Shown: one piece after another, positions 28,213-38,818 of the stretch | How the letters are laid out: every line of letters begins with the position of its first letter | How positions within the stretch are numbered: position 1 is the first letter of the stretch | From: Caldisericales bacterium | GTDB lineage: Bacteria; Caldisericota; Caldisericia; JAAYUI01 | Reading direction: 5' to 3' | NCBI GenBank assembly: GCA_022707885.1 | Contig: JAKIZT010000002.1 | Span: forward strand, 34,458 to 98,457 | DNA length: 64,000 nucleotides | Position numbers and translations under genes: made by a program | Notes under the pieces: generated by a model | What the model was told of the DNA's origin: nothing | Seen by the model: only the letters and a program-made list of their open reading frames with translations | Database searches by the model: none

Positions 28213-29215
28213 CGCTCCTTCTTGCGCGGAGCTGGCCACACGCAGAATCAACTCCAAGCCCAAGGCTTTTTCTTACAGTTGCATCTCTCCCCTGTGATCT
28301 CAACCTTTCAAGGAAAAATCTTATTTTTACTGGGTTTGATGGTCTGTAGGATGCACAATCCGTCGGATTGTAAGGGATCAGGTTTATAAGAGATGCCATA
28401 CCATCCGTGATGTCCGTCAACGCATCTGCATTGTCCAGTCCATCATTGACACCATCAAGCATCACGTATTCAAAAGTAACCCTGTTGCCTGTCATTCCCT
28501 GATATAGCTTTATCTCTTCAATAAGCTTTCGTATCTGCATTACTTTTGCAGCTTTTGGCATAATCCTTTCTCTGAGTCTTTGGGTTGGGGCGTGCAGGGA
28601 TATGGCCAGATTGACTCTCGGAAGTTCCTGCGCGAGTCTTGTTATCATGCCAGGTATGCCTACAGTTGAAACAGTCATATGTCTCTGTGACATACCAGCT
28701 TCATCCTGGAGCCTCAACACGGATTCCTTGAAGTTCACCCAATTGAGCATTGGTTCCCCGACACCCATGAAAACAATATTTCTTGGTTTGGGTCTAGCGA
28801 GTGCCACCTGATAGATGATTTCTGATGCTTCAAGATTTCTTTCCAAACCCGTGCTTCCCGACTGGCAAAATGTGCAAGACAATGGACAACCAACTTGCGT
28901 CGAAACACAAATCGTCACATGTCCTGCCGTTCTCATAAGAACAGACTCAATAGCATTCCCGTCTTCCAGCCTCACAAGCAACTTGACAGAACGATCACGC
29001 GATACTGCAGTCTTTTCAACATAAGGCCCCTTTGAAAAATTTTCCTTCATTATTTTTCTCAGGTTTTCTGGCAAATCAGTCATTTTTTCAGGATCAAGGA
29101 CACTTTTCTCCCAAATCCACCTGATGATTTGATTTGTTCTGAAAGGCTTTTCCCCAAGACCTTCAAACCATTTCGACAGCCCTTCCCTGGAAAGCTCAAG
29201 AATGTTCACAGACAA
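28202..29215 (-). CDS. rlmN: 23S rRNA (adenine2503-C2)-methyltransferase, radical SAM
   Basis: CVSTQVGCPLSCTFCQSG radical-SAM motif in the RlmN/Cfr context, N-terminal …KPFRTNQIIRWIW. Confidence 0.85.
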   Translation of the reverse strand: MSVNILELSREGLSKWFEGLGEKPFRTNQIIRWIWEKSVLDPEKMTDLPENLRKIMKENFSKGPYVEKTAVSRDRSVKLLVRLEDGNAIESVLMRTAGHVTICVSTQVGCPLSCTFCQSGSTGLERNLEASEIIYQVALARPKPRNIVFMGVGEPMLNWVNFKESVLRLQDEAGMSQRHMTVSTVGIPGMITRLAQELPRVNLAISLHAPTQRLRERIMPKAAKVMQIRKLIEEIKLYQGMTGNRVTFEYVMLDGVNDGLDNADALTDITDGMASLINLIPYNPTDCASYRPSNPVKIRFFLERLRSQGRDATVRKSLGLGVDSACGQLRARRSDDE

Positions 29216-29308
29216 ATCTTACAAATAGATTGGGGGGCTTACAAGGATTCAACAAAAACAAAACATCAGGCCATTTACAGAGCAAAACCAACAAAATAAA
29301 ATCACATT

Positions 29309-29872
29309 ATGAGGAAATTCGTTTTGCCATTATTGATTGGAGTTCTTTGTGCTACATGCCTGGCAACGATTGGCTGTGGAGTGGAAAGCGAGACATCTTT
29401 AGAGGTTAATGGGGGAACAATGAAAATATCAAGTCCTGCTTTTGAAAATGGCGGTATGATACCCAAAAAATATACCTGCGATGGGGAGAATATTAATCCA
29501 CCGCTTTCTTTCTCAAATCTTCCAGACAATACAAAAAGTGCCATCCTCGTCTGCGATGATCCCGATGCACCAAGCGGGCATTTCACGCATTGGCTTATTT
29601 ATGACATCCATCCACTTGCCCTTTCCATAGGCGAAAATGAACTAAAAACAAGGATTATGACTAACGGCTCAAGACAGGGGCAAAATGATTTTGGAGAGAT
29701 TGGCTGGGGTGGGCCATGTCCCCCTTCTGGCACACACAGATATGTGTTCAAGCTTTATGCACTGGACAAAATGCTCAATCTTGACTTGGGCGCAAAGAGG
29801 AAGACCGTTGAAGTGACCATGCAAGGTCACATTATCGCTGAAGCAGAACTTACTGGCACTTACGGAAGGTAG
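29309..29872 (+). CDS. YbhB/YbcL family PEBP (Raf kinase inhibitor-like) protein, secreted
   Basis: Signal peptide plus CDDPDAPSG…HW and GTHRYVFKLYALD PEBP motifs. Confidence 0.8.
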   Translation: MRKFVLPLLIGVLCATCLATIGCGVESETSLEVNGGTMKISSPAFENGGMIPKKYTCDGENINPPLSFSNLPDNTKSAILVCDDPDAPSGHFTHWLIYDIHPLALSIGENELKTRIMTNGSRQGQNDFGEIGWGGPCPPSGTHRYVFKLYALDKMLNLDLGAKRKTVEVTMQGHIIAEAELTGTYGR

Positions 29873-29875
29873 GTT

Positions 29876-30340
29876 TCAATCAGAATCAGGGTCAATATCG
29901 GCCATTCTCTGGGAAAAGGTCTCCAGATACCTCATGAGAATGAGCTGGGCCTCGATAGCATCCTTTTTTCCCCTCATCTGCCTGTCCGTTTTACCCATAT
30001 CATGGCCAAGGTTTCTTGCTTCAATAGAGGTTAGGCTCTCATTCACAAGGGCAATATCAATACCAATGGCCTCTTTAAGTTTGCCGGCAAAGCCTCTTAC
30101 AAATTTTGCCCATTCTGATTCGATATCGCTTGCTGGATAGCCAACGACAAGCAGATTGGCATTTTTTTCCAGAACAACTTTTCTTATGGCTTCAATGTCT
30201 GATGGGAGATCGCTCCGCTTGATTGAGGATAAGGGGAAAGAAAACACACCATCCGGGGAATAGGCAACTCCAATGTTTTTTGTGCCAAGATCAAGCGCAA
30301 CTATCGACACTAGATAACCCTGAGGCAGTGGAGCGGACAT
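29876..30340 (-). CDS. ruvX: Holliday junction resolvase-like RuvX/YqgF
   Basis: VALDLGTKNIGVAYS N-terminal motif. An alternative GTG start at 30310 overlaps the upstream gene stop by 1 nt (TAGTG). Confidence 0.75.
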   Translation of the reverse strand: MSAPLPQGYLVSIVALDLGTKNIGVAYSPDGVFSFPLSSIKRSDLPSDIEAIRKVVLEKNANLLVVGYPASDIESEWAKFVRGFAGKLKEAIGIDIALVNESLTSIEARNLGHDMGKTDRQMRGKKDAIEAQLILMRYLETFSQRMADIDPDSD

Positions 30341-31245
30341 TGACCAGTGCAGTAAGTGCAAACAACACACTTGTCATGATCAATAACTGCCTTGTTTTCA
30401 GAAAGGCTGATAGCTTCTTGTGGACAGAATTTGACACAAGTTCCACAACCGATGCACCAGAATGATACAAGCATTTTTCTTGGAATGGCTTTAAGTGGAG
30501 GTGGGTCTTTACCTTCAAAAAGCTCAAGATTCCAGTCCACCTCGCTTGGGTGCTTCATTCCAATTGCAACAGAGTGTGCATATGGGAAATCAATACAATA
30601 TTTTATGGCCCTTTTTGCATCATGGAGGAGTTTTCCACCAGCCAAGGCTTTCATCAAATATGTCCCTTTACTAGTTTTATAGTCCCACTCAAGCTCCTTT
30701 TCCATGTCTTCTATTGAGCCATCCTTGATTCCCCACCCTTCAACATTGAACATCGAGAAGACACACTCAAGCTCAGGTATTTGCCTTACTATTTTTGTTA
30801 CTTCAACAGTATGTGTTGAAACACCAACCACCCTTATGAGACCTTTATTTTTATACTCAAGAAGCACATCCAAAGCCCCTCTATGACCCTTTAAGGTGAG
30901 CGCAGTTTCCTGCTCGTGGAGGAGGTATATGGGGATAACATCAAGTTTCATCTCACGAAGAGATTTCTCAACAGATTGCTTCATTTTTTCGGGAGTTTCA
31001 GCATATGATTTGGTTGCTATGACAGCATTGTGCCTGATGCTTGGCGGGAGCATTCCAATCTGGCTTTGACTCTCATAAAGCTCGGCGGTGTCAAAGAAAT
31101 TGATTCCCCTCTCCCAGGCATAGGACATGACCATGACCGCATCCTGCATGGAGAGGTTGGCCTGAAGCTGGCCTATTGTGAGCGTTCCAAAACAAAGTCT
31201 TGAAACATCAAGACCGGTATTTCCAAAAGGTACTTTTTCAATCAT
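30310..31245 (-). CDS. aldo/keto reductase fused to a C-terminal 2x[4Fe-4S] ferredoxin domain
   Basis: AKR N-terminus (…GLDVSRLCFGT…). C-terminal CIGCGTCVKFCP and CVVCTYCTGQCP clusters. Confidence 0.8.
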   Translation of the reverse strand: MIEKVPFGNTGLDVSRLCFGTLTIGQLQANLSMQDAVMVMSYAWERGINFFDTAELYESQSQIGMLPPSIRHNAVIATKSYAETPEKMKQSVEKSLREMKLDVIPIYLLHEQETALTLKGHRGALDVLLEYKNKGLIRVVGVSTHTVEVTKIVRQIPELECVFSMFNVEGWGIKDGSIEDMEKELEWDYKTSKGTYLMKALAGGKLLHDAKRAIKYCIDFPYAHSVAIGMKHPSEVDWNLELFEGKDPPPLKAIPRKMLVSFWCIGCGTCVKFCPQEAISLSENKAVIDHDKCVVCTYCTGQCPLHCLRVI

Positions 31246-33845
31246 TTCACTAATATTTGATGCAATTCAGTTTCCAGGGTTGATGTCAGCTGACCAAATT
31301 TTGAAGACTCAATACCACCAGCCTGGCCAAGATCCGGCCTTCCACCACCCTTGAAACCAACTATGCTTGCCACTTTCGTTACAAGTTTGCCGCAGTGAAG
31401 TGTTGTTACAGGGATACCCTTGCTTATCACACCCAACACAAAAGTGTTGCCATTCTTTGAGATAATCGCAGCAACCCCATGGTCAAATGGCTCCAGTGCA
31501 AAATCAGCAACCATTCTGACGCCATCCATATCAAATCCGTCAGACCTGGCGATGATGACCTGTGTTACACCCATATTTTTTGCCTGGGTTGTCACTTTTT
31601 CAGCTTCAGCTTTGGCCATCTGGGCAACCATTGCCCTGTTTTTCTTTTGCAGATCATTCAAGTTATCCAAGACCTGCTCTATTTTGCCCTTTATTTGTTT
31701 CTGCCCGCATGCAAGTAATTCACCAACATCAAAGAGTCTGGCTTCTTGCTCCTGGACATACAATAATGCTTTCATGCCAACTTTTGCTTCTATTCTTCTC
31801 AAGTTGGCGCCTATGGAAGACTCAGAGATTATCTTGAAGAAACTTATCTGGCCGGTTGAGACTACATGGCACCCGCCACAAAGCTCCTTTGATATCTCCG
31901 GGATAGTCACAACCCTGACGATATCGCCATATTTCTCTCCAAAAAGTGCAACCGCGCCGATTTTTTTGGCCTCTGCTATTGGCATTTCTGCAGTATTTAA
32001 CGGGATATTTTCAAATATTCTTTCATTCACCCAACGCTCAATTGAGAGCAGGTCATCCCTGGAGATTTCACCCATTTGGGTAAAATCAAACCTGAGTTCT
32101 TCCTCTCCAACCCAGGAGCCAGCCTGTGCAGCATGCTCGCCAAGGAATTTGCGAAGTCCAGCATGCAGAAGGTGGGTTGCGGTATGGGACTTAACTATTT
32201 TTGATCTTCGTTCAGAATTGATTTCCAGTTTGATACTCTGACCAACTTTAAGTGTTCCCTTGGTGATGCGGGCTTTATGGAGAATAAGCCCCTCAACAGG
32301 GGACGTGGTATCAATTATCTCGAGCTGGCAAGTCTCAGTTGAAGCCTTGCCTGTATCGCCAATCTGACCACCCTTTTCAGGGTAAAACGGGGTTTCTTTG
32401 ACTGTGAACTGAGCATTCTGGCCCTCTGTGGCCGCATTTTCCGAACCCTGTTTTGTAAGAATCCCCAGAACTTCTGAAGTACCACTGAAATTGTCATATC
32501 CTGTAAAACGGCACCAGCCAGTTTCATCCCTGAAAGCTATAAGCGCTGTTGCCATTTCAAATTCTTTTTGACCGGTAAACGCCATTCTGCCACGCATTCT
32601 CTGTGCTTCAAGTTCGGCGTTAAAACCTTCAATGTCTACGTCGCTTCCCTCTTCCTGGGCAATTTCCTGTGTGAGATCGAGCGGGAATCCATAGGTATCA
32701 TAAAGTTTGAATGCCACCTTGCCTGGTATCTTGCCTTTTTTCCCTTTGATTGCCGCAATTTCATCGGAGAGCATTTGGAGCCCAACAGCAAGTGTTGATC
32801 TGAATTGAGCCTCTTCATTTGTAAGTATCTTCACTACTGCTTCTTTGCGTTCATTGAGGAATGGATATGCCTTAGAGTAGTTTTCAACAACAGGCATTGC
32901 GAGTTCTCCAAGGAACGACTCTGAGATGCCTATCTTTTTGCCGGCAAGAGCAGCCCTTCTAATGAGTCTTTTGAGGACATAACCTCTACCATCATTTGAT
33001 GGAAAAACACCATCAGAAACAAGGAAAACGCAAGCTCTTATATGATCCGCAATAAGGTTTCTTCTCTGAATATCGGTATTGTCGGGTGCAATTTTTGATA
33101 TTGCTGAAATTATTGGAGTAAAAAGATCAGTTTCGAGGCTTGACCTGACACCCTGTGATGCCGCGGATATTCTTTCAAGCCCTGCACCAGTGTCAATATT
33201 TTTTGCAGGCAATGGTTCTCTGAGACCGCCAGGCTTTGCATCATATTGTGTAAAAACAATGTTCCATAGTTCGGTAAAACGTTTATTGTCAGAATCAAAC
33301 TCTTTCCCAACAAATGGTACCGGCTCTCCAGCTTCCCAGTCGTAGTATATTTCCGAGTCAGGACCGCATGGGCCAACTTCACCCATCATCCAGAAGTTGT
33401 CCGATTTGTTTTGTATCCTGTCTTCCTTTACCCCAACTGACTTCCAGATTTCTCTACTTTCATCATCCTCAGGATAGACGGTGACTAGGAGTTTTTCTGG
33501 GTCAAGACCCACAATCTTGGTCAAAAATTCCCATGCCCAAGGGATAGCATCCTGCTTGAAATAATCACCAATAGAAAAATTGCCAAGCATTTCAAAAAAG
33601 GTGTGGTGAAATGGTGATTTACCTACATTTTCAATATCATTGGTCCTCAAACACCTTTGGCAACTGACCAACCTTCTGGAGATCGGCTTGCGCTCACCTG
33701 TAAAATAGGGTTTTAGTGGTACCATGCCCGCAAGAGTAAACATGACAGTTGGATCTGACGGAATTAACGAGGCACCCTCGAGCCTGTAATGGCCCCTTTC
33801 AGCAAAAAAGGAGAGAAAACTCTCCCTGATATCTTCTGATTTCAT
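31242..33845 (-). CDS. alaS: alanine--tRNA ligase
   Basis: 867 aa with an N-terminal class II core (…FTLAGMVPLKPYF…), editing domain and C-terminal DHHA1-like region. Confidence 0.9.
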   Translation of the reverse strand: MKSEDIRESFLSFFAERGHYRLEGASLIPSDPTVMFTLAGMVPLKPYFTGERKPISRRLVSCQRCLRTNDIENVGKSPFHHTFFEMLGNFSIGDYFKQDAIPWAWEFLTKIVGLDPEKLLVTVYPEDDESREIWKSVGVKEDRIQNKSDNFWMMGEVGPCGPDSEIYYDWEAGEPVPFVGKEFDSDNKRFTELWNIVFTQYDAKPGGLREPLPAKNIDTGAGLERISAASQGVRSSLETDLFTPIISAISKIAPDNTDIQRRNLIADHIRACVFLVSDGVFPSNDGRGYVLKRLIRRAALAGKKIGISESFLGELAMPVVENYSKAYPFLNERKEAVVKILTNEEAQFRSTLAVGLQMLSDEIAAIKGKKGKIPGKVAFKLYDTYGFPLDLTQEIAQEEGSDVDIEGFNAELEAQRMRGRMAFTGQKEFEMATALIAFRDETGWCRFTGYDNFSGTSEVLGILTKQGSENAATEGQNAQFTVKETPFYPEKGGQIGDTGKASTETCQLEIIDTTSPVEGLILHKARITKGTLKVGQSIKLEINSERRSKIVKSHTATHLLHAGLRKFLGEHAAQAGSWVGEEELRFDFTQMGEISRDDLLSIERWVNERIFENIPLNTAEMPIAEAKKIGAVALFGEKYGDIVRVVTIPEISKELCGGCHVVSTGQISFFKIISESSIGANLRRIEAKVGMKALLYVQEQEARLFDVGELLACGQKQIKGKIEQVLDNLNDLQKKNRAMVAQMAKAEAEKVTTQAKNMGVTQVIIARSDGFDMDGVRMVADFALEPFDHGVAAIISKNGNTFVLGVISKGIPVTTLHCGKLVTKVASIVGFKGGGRPDLGQAGGIESSKFGQLTSTLETELHQILVK

Positions 33846-33864
33846 TGTCGCAATCGCTCTGGAT

Positions 33865-34302
33865 TTAGTCTATATCGTCAAGTGCCCCTGACCTAGAGCC
33901 CTCCTCCCAGTTCCTCAAGCGCTCCGATGCAACGGCAACGTTGGAAGTTGCAAATAAAAAGACGTTTTTTCCAATCTTCTCAACAACGCCGTCCAGAGCG
34001 TAGCAGGCTCCTGAGACAAAATCAATAAAGCGCCTTGCAACTTCCTTATCGGTGTCCTCGAAATTGGCCATGATGGGTTTGCCATGTTTCAGCGAATCAA
34101 CGGCCTTCCTGGCCTCATCAAATGAGGCTGGCGTTATAACAACGACCGTTAATTTCTTGAGTACGCTGGCAAGTTGTGATGCTTGGGAGGATTTCTTAGG
34201 CAAGGGGTCCACAGTTGCTGGAACTGCGGCCTCAAGTATCGGCTCATCGTCTTCCTCTTCTGACAATCCGAGTATGTTTTTAAACCAATCGCCAAAGCCC
34301 AT
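33865..34302 (-). CDS. sepF: cell division protein SepF
   Basis: 145 aa with an acidic linker and a C-terminal SepF core (…VVVITPASFDEARKAVDSLKHGKPIMANFEDTD…). Confidence 0.8.
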   Translation of the reverse strand: MGFGDWFKNILGLSEEEDDEPILEAAVPATVDPLPKKSSQASQLASVLKKLTVVVITPASFDEARKAVDSLKHGKPIMANFEDTDKEVARRFIDFVSGACYALDGVVEKIGKNVFLFATSNVAVASERLRNWEEGSRSGALDDID

Positions 34303-34970
34303 TATTCACCTCCAAACAGCGCCCTGCCAAGCCTTATCATGGTTGACCCATGCTTAACTGCCAGCTCGTAATCGTCGCTCATTCCGTATGAGCGCTCGAT
34401 CTTCGTCGACAGCCGGTCTTCCAGTTTTTCGGCCAGACCATCCGCTTTATCAAAAATATGTTCCCTGAAAATGTCCGGCGCGTCAACAGGGGTCATTGTA
34501 AAGATGCCGGAGAGGACCAAAGACTTACAGTTATTTATAATAAAATCGCAAAGCTGGTCAAATTCCTGGAGAAGACAACCTGATTTCTGCTTTTCTCCGG
34601 ATATGTTCACTTCCACCATGATGGGTAGCGGTCTCAGGGTCGCTTTGTTAAGATTCTGAGCGAGTCTTGTCGAGTCTACCGTATCTACGGTGTCAAAAAT
34701 TGCACACGCTTTTGCAGCCTTGTTTGTTTGCAAGTGGCCTATCATGTGCAAAGAAAAATCTTTCCTTAAGGGATGATTTTCCCATCTCAGGGCAGTCTGC
34801 AACCTGTTCTCACCAATTATCCTCAATCCATCTTCAAATAAAATATTCACCCTATCTATGGTCGTATATTTGACTGCAGCAAGTATCTTAATAGAAAAAG
34901 GGTCCCGACCTGCTGCAATCGCAGCCCGTCTGACCCTGCCCTTTATAGATTCGTAGTTTTGCGAGAGCAC
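34302..34970 (-). CDS. yggS: YggS family pyridoxal-phosphate homeostasis protein
   Basis: Alanine-racemase N-terminal-like fold (…KILAAVKYT…IGENRLQ…) sitting between ftsZ and sepF, as ylmE does in Gram-positives. Confidence 0.8.
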   Translation of the reverse strand: MLSQNYESIKGRVRRAAIAAGRDPFSIKILAAVKYTTIDRVNILFEDGLRIIGENRLQTALRWENHPLRKDFSLHMIGHLQTNKAAKACAIFDTVDTVDSTRLAQNLNKATLRPLPIMVEVNISGEKQKSGCLLQEFDQLCDFIINNCKSLVLSGIFTMTPVDAPDIFREHIFDKADGLAEKLEDRLSTKIERSYGMSDDYELAVKHGSTMIRLGRALFGGE

Positions 34971-36043
34971 TATTGTTGTTTTTTGCGTAAAAATGGTGGT
35001 ATGTCAAGTTCTCTTTTGTTGCTGACAAGATTTTTGAGGTCCCCCTCTTTTATTGTTGGTGTCTTGATGGTCAGGTTCTGTGGTTGTGTTGAAAATCCGG
35101 TTGCAATGACAATGACTTTCAGCTGATCTTCCATCTTCGGATCAATGACAGCACCCCAAACAATATTGGCCTTTGAGTCAATATTCTTGGTGATGTAGCG
35201 CGCAACGTCATTTGCTTCCGAGATCTTGAAATCTTTCCCACCTATAGTGTTGCAAAGTAGACCTTTTGCTCCCTCAAGCGAGTGGTCGAGCAGTGGTGAG
35301 CTGATGGCCATTTTTGCTGCTTCTTCGGCCCTGCTCTCACCCTTGGCTGTACCGATACCCATCCAGGCAGTACCAGCATCTTTCATGATTGTGCGAACAT
35401 CAGCAAAATCAACGTTTACAAGGCCAGGTACCGTTATGATGGTTGTAATACCTTCCACTGCCTGACGAAGCACTTCATCTACCATGAGGAAAGCCTCTGT
35501 AAGGCTTGTGTTGCGGTCGGTTGCATCAAAGAGCCTGTCGTTGTTGATACATATCATCGCATCAACCTTGTCCTTGAGTTTTTCGATGCCACCTTCTGCG
35601 ACATTCATGCGCCTCTCACCTTCAAAACTGAATGGTTTTGTAACAATGGCAATTGTGAGCGCACCAAGGTCGCGGGCAATCTGTGCAACTACAGGTATTG
35701 CACCTGTACCGGTGCCTCCACCCATGCCTGCGGTTACAAATATGAGGTGGGCGCCGGAAAGCATTTCTGCAATTATATCCTTACTCTCCTCTGCAGACTT
35801 CTCCCCAAGGTCAGGTATGCTGCCAGCACCAAGTCCCCTCGTAACCTTTGGACCAATCTGTATTTTTGACGGTGCCTGTGACATTCTAAGAGTCTGGGTA
35901 TCAGTGTTTATGGAAATAAATTCAACCCCTTCGAGGCCACATTCAATCATCCTGTTGACTGCGTTGTTGCCTCCGCCACCAATTCCAACCACTTTTATAA
36001 GGGCGTTTGAACCTTCCCAAACATCAAATGCATTTGATGACAT
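34970..36043 (-). CDS. ftsZ: cell division GTPase FtsZ
   Basis: IKVVGIGGGGNNAV and GGTGTG tubulin motifs. AAGGAAGG RBS. Confidence 0.9.
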   Translation of the reverse strand: MSSNAFDVWEGSNALIKVVGIGGGGNNAVNRMIECGLEGVEFISINTDTQTLRMSQAPSKIQIGPKVTRGLGAGSIPDLGEKSAEESKDIIAEMLSGAHLIFVTAGMGGGTGTGAIPVVAQIARDLGALTIAIVTKPFSFEGERRMNVAEGGIEKLKDKVDAMICINNDRLFDATDRNTSLTEAFLMVDEVLRQAVEGITTIITVPGLVNVDFADVRTIMKDAGTAWMGIGTAKGESRAEEAAKMAISSPLLDHSLEGAKGLLCNTIGGKDFKISEANDVARYITKNIDSKANIVWGAVIDPKMEDQLKVIVIATGFSTQPQNLTIKTPTIKEGDLKNLVSNKRELDIPPFLRKKQQ

Positions 36044-36124
36044 AGATGCGCCTTCCTTTTCTAGCAAAAAACTTCGAAAATTATAGTTTCTTGCCAACAA
36101 ATTTCAACTTTTCCAACATGATCC

Positions 36125-36976
36125 TCAATAGGGGCATGTTGTGACTTGATAAGGAACATCAAGTTTTATAATGGCTGGGAGCTGGCTGCTATTTCCAAGG
36201 GACTTGAGGTAATGAGAAAGAGCCCCAAACCTAACATCCATAAATTCATCTGCCAAGCCAAATACAATCAAGGTACCCTGGGAGGTTTCAGCATAAAAAC
36301 CCTGCATGTTCTCCAGGTACGCCCTCTTGTATTTCCCATTAAACATCGCTTTTGCAATGCCATCCGGGTAGCTTACAGGGGCGAGAAAAACACCACCCCT
36401 TGATCCGGATGATGCAACATATTCTGATTTATTGTAGAACAAAGTTTTGATTTTTACAGGCAACAATTTCTTATATTTAAGAATCTGCGCAACCACTGGG
36501 GCCATCTTGTCATTATAGAAACTTGCATCAAGCATTCCATAGCCACCTGGTTGCAGATATGCTACTTCCATCTCGACAGGTGCATCCTCGGAAACTCTTA
36601 TGGAATCGACTATTCTTCCTTCGACATCAACAGCTACCTTGCCCGCATTCATCTTCAAATTGTAAGTTTCCTTCTTCTCTTTGATTGTCACTGTAGCAGA
36701 GAAGAAAAAATGCCTTTTTATAGTTATGTCTTCAAGAAGCGGGCCAAGGGTATCTTTCGCGTCATCAAATATTGAATTTGTTGTTGGGACAAGCCCCATT
36801 ACAAGTTTTGTTTCCAGATAATCAATTACTTTTGGTATTGGTATTCTTTCGGTTTTGTCAATATTAACTCTTGAGATCGGCACCAAAGGAGGGAAGAACG
36901 ATAGGAAAATCATTATCACTAGTAAAATCCCCACAGCCAAGAAAACAACTCTAAGAGCTCTCGGGACCGATTTCAT
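36125..36976 (-). CDS. FtsQ/DivIB-like cell division protein (POTRA-type), tentative
   Basis: Single N-terminal TM and a periplasmic domain. It sits directly upstream of ftsZ, in the ftsQ position. Confidence 0.5.
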   Translation of the reverse strand: MKSVPRALRVVFLAVGILLVIMIFLSFFPPLVPISRVNIDKTERIPIPKVIDYLETKLVMGLVPTTNSIFDDAKDTLGPLLEDITIKRHFFFSATVTIKEKKETYNLKMNAGKVAVDVEGRIVDSIRVSEDAPVEMEVAYLQPGGYGMLDASFYNDKMAPVVAQILKYKKLLPVKIKTLFYNKSEYVASSGSRGGVFLAPVSYPDGIAKAMFNGKYKRAYLENMQGFYAETSQGTLIVFGLADEFMDVRFGALSHYLKSLGNSSQLPAIIKLDVPYQVTTCPY

Positions 36977-37203
36977 GGTTCATTAATATACACAATTCAT
37001 TCCATTTGTCAATTAGTCTGACTTCGGATTGGCTTGACTTTTTAGGATCAAGTCAGGCAAACCCCGTGGGGAAGGACAAAAAAACGGCATGATAAAATAC
37101 TGCATAAATCAATATTAAGTCTACATTGCAAAAAAGAAATCGGCAGGTTCGATGTCACTGTTTTAACTTCCACCTCCGATAGATTACCAAATCACGAAAA
37201 ATA

Positions 37204-37248
37204 AAAATGCCGGTATAACCTATATCTTATTGGCAAACCGGCATTTTT
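37204..37248. terminator. hairpin (atgccggt…accggcat) with flanking T/A runs downstream of ftcD
   Basis: 8-bp stem with a long loop. Weaker than the other terminators. Confidence 0.35.
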
Positions 37249-37282
37249 TGGCGAGCGTAGATACAAAATGTTAGTTTTTTGG

Positions 37283-38818
37283 TTACATTTGCTTTATTTT
37301 TTCGAGCACAAATTTGTGGATCTCATCACACTGGGGGATTGCTTCTTTTTCAATACCATCAGCTTCTGCCATCATTTTTGATGCCGTTTCTTTGTCCTCA
37401 AGGGATGGCAGATTGATCATGACATTCATGTGTGCACCATAAATTGCAGTTTTAATAGACAAGGCAGCAACACCAGCATCAGAAACAGAATTTGGATTTC
37501 CCTTCTGCGCAATCGTCTTAATAAGAGGGATTGCCATTGCAGCGATTCTCATTGTGTTGAGAGGGACAAGGCTCGCTTTTGCAATTGCTTCCTGCATTTT
37601 TTTCTGTCTGAAGGCGTCTGACTCAGGAGTCCCGGATGGAAGCTTCCTGCACGCAAGCATTTCATTGAATGCATCTGAATCTTCCTGGATGAGCGACAGG
37701 AGTTTTTCGGTTATCTCGTCTGCCTTTGCGGCAACTTTCTCCATCTCTTCCTTTACTTCGGCATACTTCTTGCCCTGCGACAACTTGGCAACCATTGCAG
37801 AAAGCCCGGCACCAAGCGCACCGGCAGAAGCGGCAACAGAGCCGCCACCAGGGGCTGGTGATTTGCTTGCAACCTCCCTGATGAAGTTCTTTGGTATCCA
37901 GGAAACCTCCCCGGAGTCCGAAGCGCCGACCCTGAGGTCAATTATCTGTGCCTTCTTGAAGTCCCATACATTCATGTATGAAACGCCAACATCAACAAGT
38001 GCATCAAGCGGAAGAAGTCCGACTATTTCGGCACCTATTGGGAGTACGCCCAGCCTTTCGGCCTCTCTTTTGACGAATTCATAGGCTGTCCTTATTGAGG
38101 TCTTCTTGTAGTTTGTAAGGTTCATTGAAACCTGGACAAAACCCCTCTCTCTAATCGAGAAACCAAGGGCTTTGACAAACCTTAACCCGCCGCTCCTGAA
38201 CCTGATGAGCTTTGCAATCTCTTTTGCCACTTCGATATTTTGGGAACCAAGGTTCACATTGAAAGCAACAAGGGGCATCCTGGCACCAACAACAACTGCT
38301 CCGGCTGTCGGATGCATTGCGGGTTCACCTATGTCAGGGTTTCTTTCAGGTTTCTCGCCCATTTCCTCCTTTATGCCTTCATACTCACCCTGCCTGATAT
38401 TCGACAGGTCCTGGCGCTCTGGAGTTCTTGCGGCATCTTCGTAGAGGTAGACCGGGATCTTCAGTTCTTTCCATATTCTCTCGCCAAGCGACACCGCCAG
38501 TTTGACCGCCTCTTCAGTAGTGACTTCAGAAATTGGAACAAATGGAATAACATCTGTTGCGCCAAGGCGCGGGTGTTCGCCCTTGTGTGTGTTCATATCA
38601 ATCAGCTCTGATGCAACCTTGCACATTCCGAATGCTGCCTCGGCAGCCGCCTCCGGTTCCCCGACGAATGTCACGACACACCTGTTGTGATCAGCATCCA
38701 TCTGTACATCAAGCAGTTTGACGTTCGGGGTGTCCTTTGCAACTTGAGCTATTCTGTCTACAACATCTTTTCTTCTGCCTTCAGAGAAATTTGGTACGCA
38801 TTCAACTAGTCTGGCCAT
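37283..38818 (-). CDS. ftcD: bifunctional glutamate formimidoyltransferase / formimidoyltetrahydrofolate cyclodeaminase
   Basis: N-terminus MARLVECVPNFSEGRRKDVVDRI matches the formiminotransferase signature. 511 aa accommodates both the FT and CD domains. Confidence 0.85.
   Translation of the reverse strand: MARLVECVPNFSEGRRKDVVDRIAQVAKDTPNVKLLDVQMDADHNRCVVTFVGEPEAAAEAAFGMCKVASELIDMNTHKGEHPRLGATDVIPFVPISEVTTEEAVKLAVSLGERIWKELKIPVYLYEDAARTPERQDLSNIRQGEYEGIKEEMGEKPERNPDIGEPAMHPTAGAVVVGARMPLVAFNVNLGSQNIEVAKEIAKLIRFRSGGLRFVKALGFSIRERGFVQVSMNLTNYKKTSIRTAYEFVKREAERLGVLPIGAEIVGLLPLDALVDVGVSYMNVWDFKKAQIIDLRVGASDSGEVSWIPKNFIREVASKSPAPGGGSVAASAGALGAGLSAMVAKLSQGKKYAEVKEEMEKVAAKADEITEKLLSLIQEDSDAFNEMLACRKLPSGTPESDAFRQKKMQEAIAKASLVPLNTMRIAAMAIPLIKTIAQKGNPNSVSDAGVAALSIKTAIYGAHMNVMINLPSLEDKETASKMMAEADGIEKEAIPQCDEIHKFVLEKIKQM

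Noticed and set aside
36977-37282. 300-bp intergenic region between ftsQ-like and ftcD as a possible ncRNA
   Set aside because: It contains only a hairpin with a long loop (37204-37248) and no match to tmRNA, RNase P, SRP or 6S consensus blocks that I can recognise by eye. Left as promoter/terminator space.
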